DNA from: Paraspadella gotoi
Lineage: Eukaryota; Animalia; Chaetognatha
Length of the DNA: 64,000 nucleotides
Assembly (NCBI GenBank): GCA_051294375.1
Contig: CM119265.1
Span: 7,760,629 to 7,824,628, forward strand
Direction: 5' to 3'
Part shown: positions 51,504-64,000 of the stretch, piece by piece
Layout of the letters: each line of letters starts with the position of its first letter
Position numbering within the stretch: the first letter of the stretch is position 1
The notes under the pieces: model-generated
Databases searched by the model: none
What the model saw: only the letters and a program-made list of their open reading frames with translations
Told to the model about the DNA's origin: nothing
Made by a program: the position numbers and the translations under genes

Positions 51504-53194
51504 CGTTGGCGTTATGAGCCTTTGTTCTGTGAACAAGTTGCCAGAGTTTGACATCAAGGACCAATAAACTGCGTAACGTTGGAAACAGCGTTGCCAGTTT
51601 TTTTTCTTTCCCGACTTTCTTTTCTGAGTCCGCTACGAAACTACACGTTTCTTTTCTCTTTTTCTTTTCTTTTCTTTTCTTTTTGTTCCATTTTTTTGCT
51701 ATTATTTTTTTCCTGGGAAAATATAATTTGCAAATTTTCATAAAACGAGAATTACTTTATCGGAATCGTTCCTTTGTCTCACTCTGGCTATTATTTCTCA
51801 CTAACTACTTCCTCCTTCTTTCCCGATATCAATTGGTTATATTTCTGCGATTCTCTATCGATTATTTTCTCGATCGATTTTTTTTTTTTTTTTTTTTTTT
51901 TGCGAATGTGTTCGTCGATGTTTCGCCTTAGTTCGATCCATGTCCTTGTTCGTCTATATATTCCACGTCCGCTTCGATCGCTTCCTCCAATTCAGTCGTG
52001 TTTCGCTCATCATTTTCTTTACTCCTTCCCCCTCCTCATATCACCCCCTCTTCGTCTCCCCTTCCACCTCACCGATACGTCAATCCTTTTTCTATATGTA
52101 CCTGTTGTTTAAATGCGTCGGTCTCCGTTCGTCTGGCGTCGTCGGTAATTGTCGGGTTGTCGTCTCGTTGACGTCTCGGCGTGACGGAGACGCCGGAGTC
52201 CCCGGGTCCCCCCCCCCTCGTCGCGACGACGTCACCGTCACGTCACTACCGCGTCACGATCGCGTCACGCGACGACTTTCCTGCATCACGTAATCGGTCG
52301 CGGTCGGTCGACGCGTCGGATAAGAGCCTCGATTCGGATCCGCGACGTCGAGAGTTCGATTCTCGACAGAGTACTTTTTTTTTCCCCCTTGTCGCAGGTT
52401 TGAAATCTCGCGATAACGACAAAAAATTTCACAATATCGAATTTTTCCCGATATAGAAAATCGATTGACGAATACGAAATGGCGATCGTTTTTATATATC
52501 GGGCGAAAAGGAAAAAGAAAATGGAAAAGACAGGAAAGGAAAGGAAAGGAAAGGAAAGCGAAGGGAAAGAAAGGAAAAGGAAAGGAAAGGAAAGGAAAGG
52601 AAAGGAAAAAAGGTAATAGGGGAGGTTTCGCCCGTTCTTTTTCCCAGCTCCTACGCCCTCTCCTCTGCCCGATTTTTTTTTCGCCCGATGTGTGACGCTT
52701 GTGGCGATTCGACGGTCGACGACGTCGAGCTGTCGCCTGGACGTGATATTATAGTTCCATGTCGTCGTCGTCGTCTTTTCTTAGAATCGTTATCGCAGCT
52801 TTTGAGCGTGACCTAAGATTATTGTTAGTATTTTTTGTTAAGGAATGAGAGGAATTGAAAGGCAAGTCGAAGTCACGTCATTTTTGAAGGCTATCTACCC
52901 CTGGACTTTGGGAAGGCTATATTTAAGTTTACTTCTTCAAGCGTAAGGTGCCAAACGTTGCAAGGCCCCAACTAGGTCGACCATTGTCGTCCAAGAAGGC
53001 CAAACTGAAAGAAAAGTGCTTCTAAGATGGGACGACGGGTTTGAACTGGGTGATACTTTAAGACTAAAGAAAATTCGTCGGACTCTTTTCCTATTTTTGA
53101 CGCTTATTTAAGCAATCTTTCGGCGACAGTTGTTCGCTTTGAGTTTTGCCCTTATGAACTCTCAGCGACTGAATCACCGCAGGTGCCTCTAATT

Positions 53195-53250
<56 letters not shown>
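53195..53250. repeat. (GTC)n microsatellite, with others at 2540-2610, 11480-11510, 45950-46027, 49545-49600, 49803-49842 and 61370-61595
   Basis: Directly visible. Confidence 0.9.
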
Positions 53251-53251
<1 letters not shown>

Positions 53252-53323
53252 GTATCGACGGCCTCGAATAACCAATGTATTTGACGTTTATCGATTTACG
53301 CTTATTATTTTCCCGGCGATAAA

Positions 53324-53340
53324 CCGGAAGTCACGTGACC
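53324..53340. promoter_or_regulatory. Overlapping ETS (CCGGAAGT) and E-box/CLEAR-type (GTCACGTGAC) motifs ~1.4 kb upstream of the ASB-like start; mirrored at ~45864-45880
   Basis: The sequence reads aaaccggaagtcacgtgacc. This is a motif match only. Confidence 0.4.
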
Positions 53341-54016
53341 CGACTCCGCGCCTCTACTCGGTTGAGTTGTGGCCGATCGGGTTTGACGGGCGGCAAGGGA
53401 GCGGTGGGTTGAATAGAGTTGGATTGAGTGGATAGAGTGGATTTGGATAGAGTGGAGCCGGAAGAAAAGGGGGGGAGAAAAAGAAGCGAGGGGGCGAGAA
53501 AGGTAGATATAAAGGAAATTAAAAGAGAAAAGTTGAAGGAATGGAATCAAAATAAACATTTGATCAATATTAAGCCTCGGCTTCTTTATTATTCTCGGTT
53601 TTTCCTCAGATCGGGATTTTATGACCGCCTCGACATTTTTCTGAGACACAATACTCAGATTATTTTCGTTTCAAGGAAAGTAACAAACGTTTATTGTCAC
53701 AAACTCTTTACATATATCGACTTTTCACCAACAGACGGACAGAGGACGGACGCACCGATCCGCAGAGCCCCCACGGCTTAGCTAAATTAAAAAAAAAGGC
53801 CAAAAACGCCAAAAAATTTAAATTGGATCGTTGATTAATTTATTAGCTCCCAAAATATAATTCCTCATTAAAGTTTTCCGTTAAATTCGCTCATGGCACC
53901 TGTTGTTCTTTTGCTCATGGCACCTGTTGTTCTTTTGGAAGCGAATGGCGTTCGGCCTTCGCAACGACCGCTTCGCACCTGGGAGTTCAAAAAAATTGAT
54001 TTTTAATTTTAAAAGT

Positions 54017-54115
<99 letters not shown>

Positions 54116-54755
54116 GAGAGAGCCGAAATTAAATTCGATGTGATCGTGAATCTCATCAGTGTTATGGTTTTTATTAGTCTTTATCGTTTTAAATAGATGT
54201 TAAATAATAAGAAATCTTAGTGATTATAAATTATGTTAATCGTTTACACAATTATTCTTTGTATATGTATATCAACGAAGGAAGTTGAAAAACAGAGCTT
54301 ATCAAAAATATTTTCATTGAGTGAATTTCCCGCAAAAATATGATTCATAGATTTTACCCGCATCTCTCTTTACTTTTTCGTTTATCATTCTAAATCAAAT
54401 TTTTAAGTATTATTGCTTCCCTGAAAAATAAACTTCAAAGTTAAATACAATTAAATAAAAAAAAATCGTTAAAAGAAAACAGGAAGAGAAAAACAAACAT
54501 TTAATCCAGCTGAATGATTTTTTTAAAAAATAAACTAACAAGAATAAATCTCGTATATTTTCTATCGAAAAATAGTCGCTAAGCCTGAACTTAAGTCTGT
54601 CAACACGATGTTTTTGTTTCTTTCGCAGCTTATTAAGAATTTATAGTCGCAAGATTGAGACAGACGATCGTACAAATACGAAATTATATTTCGTCGAATG
54701 TCAATAACATTTTTAGCATCACGTGATCCAAATCGCCATCGACCACGCCTACTTG

Positions 54756-57700
54756 ATGGAAGATCGGAATTCCTCTCCGCCGCCGCCGTCCGGACGCCCC
54801 GAACACGTCTACCTCACCCGCACTTTCTCCCGCCATTTCGACGCCGCCGCTGCTCTGTTCCGCGCCGTCGCTGCTGACGACGCCTCTGCTGTCGTCGCCA
54901 TTCTCGACCAACATCCCGACGGCGTTCTTTGGCGAAAGCCGCCGGAGAGCGTCCTCGGCGCCGCATGCGCTTCCGATCGCCGCGCAATCGCCGACGCCGT
55001 CCTGACGCACGTGGAAAGGCGCCGCGACGCCGGCCTCCTCGACGCCGTCGTCAATTTCGCCGACGACAAAGAGTGGACGCCGGTTCTCTACGCCTCACGA
55101 AATGGCGCCGTCGAATTGACGAGGCGCTTGGCCGGTCTCGGCGCCGATCTAAACGCGCAGAACTTCCTCTGCCGATCGCCGCTTATCTACGCGACGCTGG
55201 GCGGACATCGTGAAGTCGCCGAGTTTCTTGTGATGTCAACGGAGGTCGATTTAAAGGCGGAGTTCGGAATAGCGTACAGGGACACCGCCTACAGTTACTA
55301 TGGAAACGAGAACTGCGTCCGAAACAGAAAGATGATGACGATACTGCATTGCTTGGCCAAGGTGATAGATTGGTGGGCGGGCGCTAGATCGGTTGAGTTG
55401 TTCATATTGATTTACATATATTTAACATTAACGCCATTTTATTCACAAAAAAGCTATCATGAACCAAAAGAAAGAACATTTTGGAAACCTTGATTGCAGG
55501 GTTGATTTTCACCACGCTTTAACAAATCAGCTCCACTAGTGTAAAAAAAACTAACTTGTTTTTGTAGATAAAAATTTGTATTTATTTATATTCCAATTCA
55601 AAATAGATTTTCTTTTCGTATTCTCCTAATTTATGTCACGTTTTTCCTCTCGACTTTCTTCATTTAGTTCATTCTTTGAAAGGTCCCCAAAGACAAGCGA
55701 GTGCACCTCCCAACAGTTTAGGTGTGCAACTCAAATACTTGCAACAAGGTTTATGCTCGTGGCAAGTTCCCCACCAAGCAGTACAACCGCCCTGTCCGAA
55801 TTTAATATCTCTATTTTACAAATACTACCATTGGATTATAAATATTAATCGTTTCAACTTCAACTGTACCCCGTCCATTCTTTTCTCCTGTTTTGCTCTT
55901 TTGTTCAAAAATACTTTAAGAAGTTTCGTCTTCGCTTGTTTTTCATATTTTCCCTTTTGCCCCTTGAATCGAATGAGAAGATAAAGGAAAATATGCGTTA
56001 AGAAAAGGAGTTAGAGATCATCAACCAGAATTTTCCTTCTTACTTTTCTTGCCGCCAGAGAGAAGGCGATGGTCGCCATCAGGAGAATCAAAACGAAAGT
56101 CTTCATTGTGCAATTATTTTTTTTTAAAAATGAAGAAATAAAAAAGGAAAAAAAAAGGAAATACTTTTAAACTGAACTAAAAACACTAAAGCTTATAACT
56201 AACATACATGACTAAGAAGTTTATTTATCTCGTAAAAACAACGCGGAGGGGTCATCACCGAGGTTTCGTATTGTTATATTTTACCCATGATCATTTTAAT
56301 TTTTTTATAACTATTTATTTTTTAAAATATTTTATATTATCTTATTTATTTTATTTAATTATTATTACTGTTACTTAAAGCCATATAAGTTATAATCGAA
56401 AACGTCAACCCCATTTTCACATTGCCCACCGCTGCGCCGACCGCTCCGATCCCGCCGTAGCACTCCTCTAGCGCGGCGTCGCAGCGTCTCGTCGCCGACG
56501 TCACGGACGTCATTTTGAAGAGAGAGGCGTCCATAGTCGACTCGCGCGCCGCTAACGGAGAGACGGCGTTGCATCTCGCCTGCAAGGAGGACAATCACCA
56601 GATGGTGGAAGTGATTCTTCGTCACGGTGCGAGGGTCAACGTTCCGAACGAGATAGGAAAGGATTTGAGCCTCAATGGCCAAGGATTTTCGACGATTGCA
56701 GATTCTCTTTGATCGTAATTTTCTCGTTGTCATTCAGGGATGACGCCGTTGTTCCTCTGTTTTCGTGGTCCGTTTCAGGGTCATCTGGCGGAAGACTCGG
56801 GAGATCGACGTTGCCTTCGATTGATGCTCGATCATCCGGAGACAAAGGTCCGAGAAATGTTGGAGATCAAGACCAAGGCTTGTTATATGCAGTTAATTTA
56901 ATTTTCATTTAATACCATTTCATACCATACAGTGTGTATATAAACGAAATGGAATACTGATAAAAATTAATGAAATATTTCGATTCACCGCTTGGTAGCC
57001 GAGTTTTTTCTATTCGCGCCGAGGCTTTAACAACAATTCCAGATTCGGTATCGCGACCGCTACGGTCACTACCCGGTCCACATCGCCGTCCGCCACGAAG
57101 ACATGCTCGGTCTCCAGCTTCTGGCCGCCAGCGGAGCCGATTTCGATGTCTTGGATCAGTACAACAATCTCCCCGTCCACTTGGCCGCTGGGGAAAACCT
57201 CGCGGAGATAGTGGACTTTATTCTGGAGATGGACAACAGGTAGCGGGGTAGGAGGAGGAGGTGAAGGAGGTCGAGGGCTTTGAGATGCAAGTACATTCTC
57301 ACATAAAAAAAGGCCGTTCGGACATCATATCCCAACCTTAGTAACTGGCATAAACGAGACGAGGCGGTTATACCCATCTGAAGCAAGCCTTGCGTAAAAT
57401 CTGCAGTTCCGTCAAGCGAGGGCGCTGACAGAAAACTCCGCGAGGCCTCTCGGTCTCGGTCTCGGACACAAAAGTTGAAGAGGGGACGTGGAGGGCAAAT
57501 TGGAAGCGCCGAAGGAGAAGACGCTTCACTTATCAAATCTATTAAATGTCAATCTGCTCATCTCTCTAATCCATTTCTCAGTCTCGTCAACGCCCGCGGA
57601 GGGATCGTCTACAACACACCCCTCACCTACCTCTTCTCCTCTTCCTCCTCCTCCTCCTCCTCCTCCTTCCTCCCCTCTCTCCGCGTCCTCCTCCGCCACG

Positions 57701-58182
57701 GCGCCGATGTCAACGTTCGCAACGCCTACGACGCCTCTCCCGCGGCGCTGGCGGTCGAGCGGCGCCGTTGGGACGCCTTCCGGCTGCTGTGGCTCGCCGG
57801 CGCCGAATTCGACGAAGAGGCGACGAAGAGGGCGCTGGAGGAAGAGGAGGAGGAGGAGGAGGAAGAGGAAATGGATTTCCCTCCGCTCGCCCGTCAGGAT
57901 TCGAGCCAAGCCGCGATGAAGGAATGGTGCCAAGAGTTTCTCTCTCGTCGGCCTCTGCCTCTCACTCATTTGGCGCGCATTCGAATTCGGCGAGATCTCG
58001 GCGGCGCCGGGCTCAGATGGATCGTCGGCGCAGGAAGGAAGGGCGGAACCGGCGCCGGAGATGATGATGGAACCGGAGAAGGAAGAGTCGGATCGAGAGA
58101 GGAGATGATCACGAAGGGACTTCAGCTGCCGAAAGTAGTGATCAAGTTTTTGACTTTGGCTGATGAATTGGATGGGAGGTGA
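54756..58182 (+). CDS. Ankyrin repeat and SOCS box protein (ASB-like Cullin5 E3 substrate receptor); exons 54756-55361, 56461-56656, 56738-56847, 57043-57239, 57582-58182
   Basis: There are multiple ankyrin repeats (WTPVLYASRNG, RSPLIYATLGG, GETALHLACKED, GMTPLF, GHYPVHIAVRH, NLPVHLAAGEN, RVLLRHGADVNVRN) and a C-terminal SOCS box (PLPLTHLARIRIRRDLG...LQLPKVVIKFL). The exon phases are compatible, but the intron-2 donor lacks GT. Confidence 0.85.
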
Positions 58183-58184
58183 AG

Positions 58185-58271
<87 letters not shown>

Positions 58272-58514
58272 TGTTATCTCTCTCCCCCTAGCCATCCCCA
58301 AACTCCGCATAAAAATAACTAGAACAGAAAGTATTTCAACTGTTTCGCTTTTCTCATATTTTTTCTTTCATTTTTTTTTCGTCGTCCTACTTCGTCTCCC
58401 GTCGTCATCTCCGTTAAAAGCGTTCCGCGCTGTACTAAGCGTGGATTTAACGTTTGTTTGTTTCGAAACCATTGGCGGGATTTACGACTTTGGCTGCCTC
58501 CTTTTTAGTTTTAA

Positions 58515-58641
<127 letters not shown>

Positions 58642-59688
58642 TCTTTTGTTTTCTTCTTCCTTAAACCCCCCAACCCTCCCCATTTTTTTCTCTCTTTTCA
58701 ATAAATAAACGCGAAAACGACAAAGACAGACTATTTATTCAGTTTTTATATTCGTAATGAATCTTAAACGTTTGGAAGAAAACGCGTCGTAGAGAACAAA
58801 TAATGTCCTTTAATTATTTTTTTTTAATTTCCGAAAAAAAAATACATGGCGAGACATGGCGAGACATGGCGAGGTCTGCTCCATGGACTCGGGTTATATT
58901 TTCTAGAGAAAAAGAAAAAAAAAATTCCAGCTTCATGGTTTTTTTCTTCGTCAATTTAGAAACGGATTTATTTGTCCTTCCCGTTTCTCTTGTCTCTCCG
59001 TCTCTATCTCTCTTTTTCCTTTTTCTTTTCTTCTCTTTCCTTTTTTTCTTTTCTTCTCTTTTCTTTTTTTTTTCCATCTCTCTTCTTTCCTCTTCTGCTT
59101 CAATGATCTCGTTGCTCGAAAAGATTGAAGAGACAAAGAGAGAGAAAATGGAAAGAAGAGGAAGGGGAGGAGGAGGGGGAAGAGGAGGAGGAGGAAGGGA
59201 GGGGAATTTGATAGAAAGCGAAGAGAGGGGAAAACAGAGAGGGAGGGAGGGGTTGAAAGAAGAAGAGATAAATAAATAACAGATCGACGTATGTACGAAA
59301 GGAGAGAGGAAAAGTCAGTGACTGCTTTTCTAATTGATTGATTGTACGATTGTACGTACATTCGCTTGAGTGGTTTAGTTTTATCTTTATCTTTGAATTT
59401 AATTTTTAAATATATACATCTATATTTTTTAACAAAATTGCCCTGACAAGTCCAAAAGAGGAAGATATTTAATAGTAAGTTAAATACGTAGCAGTACGTA
59501 GCACTCGTAAGTTGAAAACAGATTGAAAACACTGACAGTCTCACATTGATTTAAAAAAAGATAGATATTGCCTTTTTATTGGTTTTTTTTTAAATTAGGT
59601 TAATATTATTCACATTGCTTTTTGTAAATTCTCTTCAGTTTAGACTAAGGTCAGATGACAATATATAAAATTTTATCAAGTCTAACAA

Positions 59689-59730
<42 letters not shown>

Positions 59731-62700
59731 TCTCTCTCTCCCTCCTTTTTTCTCTCTACGAAATTGGTTTGTATCGAGGGCATTTTTCTTTCCGCTATGT
59801 GACGAGAAGCGACATGAATTTATTATCTATTATAGAGAAAAAGGAGGAGGAGTTTCCGCCTTCGAACTCGCCATTTTGTTGTCGTCGTTGTTGTTATTTA
59901 CGTTTTATTTTTTGTTTATGTTTTATCGGTGTCATATGTTTGGGCTGTGGTAAAAACGGAGAAATTTTCCACAACGTATGTAGCACTTTTGATATTTTTA
60001 TAAATATTCATTTTTTTATATCCAATACCCTTTTTTTTTACGCATATTGCCAAATTATTGTTTGCCCTTGTAGACGTCGTCGTCGTCGTCACATTCAACT
60101 TCAACTTGTCACCATTAGACGAACTCGGCGTCCTGAATTACATTTAATATGATAAAAAATAAATGAGCTTAAAACTATAAGCGGCGAAGCGACTTCTCAA
60201 TTTGTTTTCGAAGCGCAGAATCAAGTGCACAATACATCTCAACCATGAACACTAATGCGTAGTGAAAGTTGCAGATCAAAATTCGAATAGTTGTTCNNNN
60301 NNNNNNNNNNNNNNNNNNNNNNNNNNNNNNNNNNNNNNNNNNNNNNNNNNNNNNNNNNNNNNNNNNNNNNNNNNNNNNNNNNNNNNNNNNNNNNNNNNNN
60401 NNNNNNNNNNNNNNNNNNNNNNNNNNNNNNNNNNNNNNNNNNNNNNNNNNNNNNNNNNNNNNNNNNNNNNNNNNNNNNNNNNNNNNNNNNNNNNNNNNNN
60501 NNNNNNNNNNNNNNNNNNNNNNNNNNNNNNNNNNNNNNNNNNNNNNNNNNNNNNNNNNNNNNNNNNNNNNNNNNNNNNNNNTTTAGTTTTGAAAGCAGAT
60601 TCGAACTCCTCATAAAAATTTGATAAAAGAAAATATAAGTCGTAATCAAAAATTCTTTTATTAAGTTAACTAAAAATTTTTTAAAAAAAATTTGTATACA
60701 AAAATTAAATTATAAGTTAACTATAACAGTTTTTTAGGATTTTGACCCACTTAATGAAATAATTTTCTAAAGAGAGTTGCTTCCTTTTATCAACTTAAAA
60801 AAAAAGAAGAAAAATCCCTATGTATAAATATGGCCGTATGCAAAAATTTAAAAATAAAAAGTATGTTTTTTTTATTTAAAAATGTTCACAGGTACAAGCC
60901 TGCTCACGAATTTTTATTCAACTTGATTTTAATATTTTTGCTACGCTTTAGTGGACACTGAACACTGCAGAAAGAAACAGGAAAAGAGCGCATGGAAAGA
61001 ATGCTTTCTGTTCTCATTTCGTTGAGTTGATTCGCCATTAGGTTATAATTAGAAGGGAGAGGAANNNNNNNNNNNNNNNNNNNNNNNNNNNNNNNNNNNN
61101 NNNNNNNNNNNNNNNNNNNNNNNNNNNNNNNNNNNNNNNNNNNNNNNNNNNNNNNNNNNNNNNNNNNNNNNNNNNNNNNNNNNNNNNNNNNNNNNNNNNN
61201 NNNNNNNNNNNNNNNNNNNNNNNNNNNNNNNNNNNNNNNNNNNNNNNNNNNNNNNNNNNNNNNNNNNNNNNNNNNNNNNAGTGATCACATGATCTTATCG
61301 TTAATTAGAATCGTAGCAAACAACTTGGTTGAAAGGAAAATCGTCCTTCGCGAAATCAGAGATATCATTGTCGTTTTCGTCGTCGTCGTCGTTTTCGTCG
61401 TCTTCATCTTCGTCGTCGTCGTCGTTTTCGCCGTCGTCGTCGTCGTTTTCGTCGTCGNNNNNNNNNNNNNNNNNNNNNNNNNNNNNNNNNNNNNNNNNNN
61501 NNNNNNNNNNNNNNNNNNNNNNNNNNNNNNNNNNNNNNNNNNNNNNNNNNNNNNNNNNNNNNNNNNNNNNNNNNNCGTCGTCGTCGTCGTCGTCGACTCC
61601 ATCTTGAAACTTCCGACGCTAATCGAAACTCGTGTAGCGACTGACTCACGCCAAAAATCCATAACCGTTATTCACTGTAGTCGATTTGACTTCGCGCAGA
61701 CGGTATATTCAGTTCGCGTTTCTCCGTTTCAACCGGGAAAGACTGTACTCGATTAACTCGGAAGGAAAAAGTTTTGGGAAATCGTAGTCGATTATTGTCG
61801 GCGATTTAACCGTCGATCACTGTAGCCACGTTCGACGTCCAAATGGCGCGAAAATCGGAAGTGAAAAAAAAAGGAGACGCGTGTCGGAGTGGATTGGGAG
61901 TGGCGTGAATTTTGAAATGGAGAGGGGAGTGAAACAGTGAGATCGTGTTGTTGTTACTGAAGAGATTGGCTTTGAAAGGAATGTACTACATATCAAGAAA
62001 AGCTGACATAACTTTTTGGTCTCAGCCAAATCGAGGTTTGATATCGATTTAATAATTTTTTTTCATATTCTTCATTACGGATTAACAATATTTTTAGTAT
62101 ATCCCTTTTGCCATAGTAATTTCCGCAATCGTCCTTATTTTTTGCTTCTTTATTTTTTCTTACGGTAATCATATTAATTTTATTAAGTTTTATGAGTGGT
62201 TTATTTAATAAAAAAAATTATGAGAGAGAAAAAAATAAGAAATTCTTCTCGTAAGAATCCGAGTTTATTTTTTTTGAATTTCAAACAAATGAAGAGCGAA
62301 AGTTTGATTCGTTAAATTCAGTTATTGATTTTTTCGAGTCACAAATTTTCAATTCTTGGTTGGATTTCTCCCTCGTCGTTCGAACTTCGAAGCCTTCACA
62401 GATTTTACGCTTTCCCATTCACGGGATACATTTTCTCTAACTTTTTTTAGTCATGCTTTTTTATGCTTTTTTATGCTTTTACTACCTTCCATTCTTCTTT
62501 TACCCCAACTTTTCTGTCGGTCGGTCGGTCAGTCCTGTCCATCGGTCTGTCCAACTTAAGTTTAAAATGCTCATAACTCAGGGAATACTGATTATTACTT
62601 AATAGTAAAAAAATGTACCATAAGATGCAAAATATGCATAAGTTTTATACTTGTGCAGTAACTAAATCGTTTGGAAATGCGTGTAGGAAAGTTACCGGTA

Positions 62701-64000
62701 CTGGTCATCTTTACCGCCTTGCTCACCCTGTCTTATGAATTTTCCCCCTGTTCCCTCTCTCACCGCTGGCATTCTTCCCCCTCGGCGCAGGCGGCCGTGG
62801 CGCGCGGCCTGGTCTTCTTATTACCCCGCCAACGCTCCCATCTTTTCCCTCCCAACCCCCTTCTCGCCCCTTTCGTTAGTCCCGAGGTGCGAGTGGGAAG
62901 AAGATTCGAGTCTCCGTCGGGACTTAAGTACTTCGCCCGCGAACAAATTTATGTCTTGAAGCGATTTCGTTAACATTAATTTTTTTCGCGCGACGCGCTG
63001 TTTCCCGTCAAGCCCCTTTGTGCATCCCACTCTGTTTCTGTCTCTGTCGTTCATCGCTTTTCTGGAGTGTCGCTTTCAACTATCATTTTTTTGTTTTTGG
63101 AGCTGGAGAGAGAGTAGATGAAGGAGAGAGAGAGAGAGAGAGAGCAGAGAGTAGAGAGGAGAGAGGAGTAGAGAGAGAGTGTAGAGAGAGTTAGAAAACG
63201 AATATCATTATCTAACAATAGAATCGAAAAAATTGAATAAAAAATGTAACGTTCGGAATTTTCCGACTTTCCAAACAATGATGAAAGTTTTAATCAACTG
63301 GAAAAAAAGGAAAAAAAAGTAAAATCATTTCAACGAAAAAAAACCCGAAACCAAGACTTGTTTTTGTGGGGGGTTCCGCGATAGTTAAGGCGAACAGCGC
63401 CCGATAGACGGGACCATCGATCCTTGATAAGGGAACGTCCATTTCCTGACGCGGCGGCGACGACGGACGAGCGACTTGCCCTACAAAGACTAAGACGCTT
63501 CTGCGGATAGAGGCGTGTCGCCGGCGAGAGTTCTTCCTTAGCGCCAACCGTCCTCTTCTTTTCTTGAGTGGCAAAACTGCGCTAGGTCCGGTTGTGCAAC
63601 TACCGAGTGCGGCGCAATCCTGGGGAAATTGTGAATTGATTTTATGTCCTATGTTATAGGTTCAATTTAGAGGTAACGGTCTATTATGTGATGATGGACT
63701 TTTCAATTTCGTATGTTTAGGATTTAGTAAAACAGTTTATTTGGTATTGTGAAGCAAACGATTTTTTGATATGATAAGTTCGGTATCTATTGTTGCTTTC
63801 GACGTCTTACAGTTTTAAGAGTCGTCCATCAAAGCAACTTGCTGATGAGAAAACCTTGTTTGACTATCTGCTCAACAAATTCGTTGCTAACCCATATCCA
63901 ACCTAAACTGGTTTTACTAGAGGGTAAGTTCTTAAAAATTTGGATACTGAGATGGACAATAATTTTTTTTTCTCAGTAAAAATGCGAATACAGGAAACTC

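Noticed and set aside
62760-63600. GC-richer patches with candidate minus-strand donors, possibly exons of a further gene
   Set aside because: No coherent reading frame or recognisable domain could be assembled.

Overview
This is a eukaryotic draft-assembly window, most likely from an invertebrate animal; the species cannot be determined from sequence. It has GC-rich exons, AT-rich GT-AG introns, dense (AG)n/(GTC)n microsatellites and about 12 N-gaps. From 6.4 to 32.5 kb there are six spliced genes, all on the minus strand, with exon models built by hand: a secreted protein with four PAN/Apple domains; a highly divergent AMPK-beta-like protein with a C-terminal ASC domain behind a long acidic/Ser-rich region; a SMYD (SET-MYND) methyltransferase; a small single-pass membrane protein; a ~1290-aa Ser/Gln-rich, charged coiled-coil protein; and an ACTMAP/C19orf54 actin maturation protease lying only ~95 bp from the next gene's first recognisable exon. 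The dominant structure is a ~19.5-kb inverted repeat (arms ~39662-49580 and ~49802-59116, ~220-bp spacer) that duplicates a 5-exon ankyrin-repeat/SOCS-box (ASB-like) gene. Only the right copy is intact. The left arm degrades outward and stops at a 25-N gap, so a fold-back read or amplification artefact is at least as likely as a real palindrome. Smaller features include a MITE-like element in two copies, RFX X-box-like motifs, a possible GA-AG intron and a palindrome-containing minisatellite. I found no tRNA, rRNA or CRISPR array.
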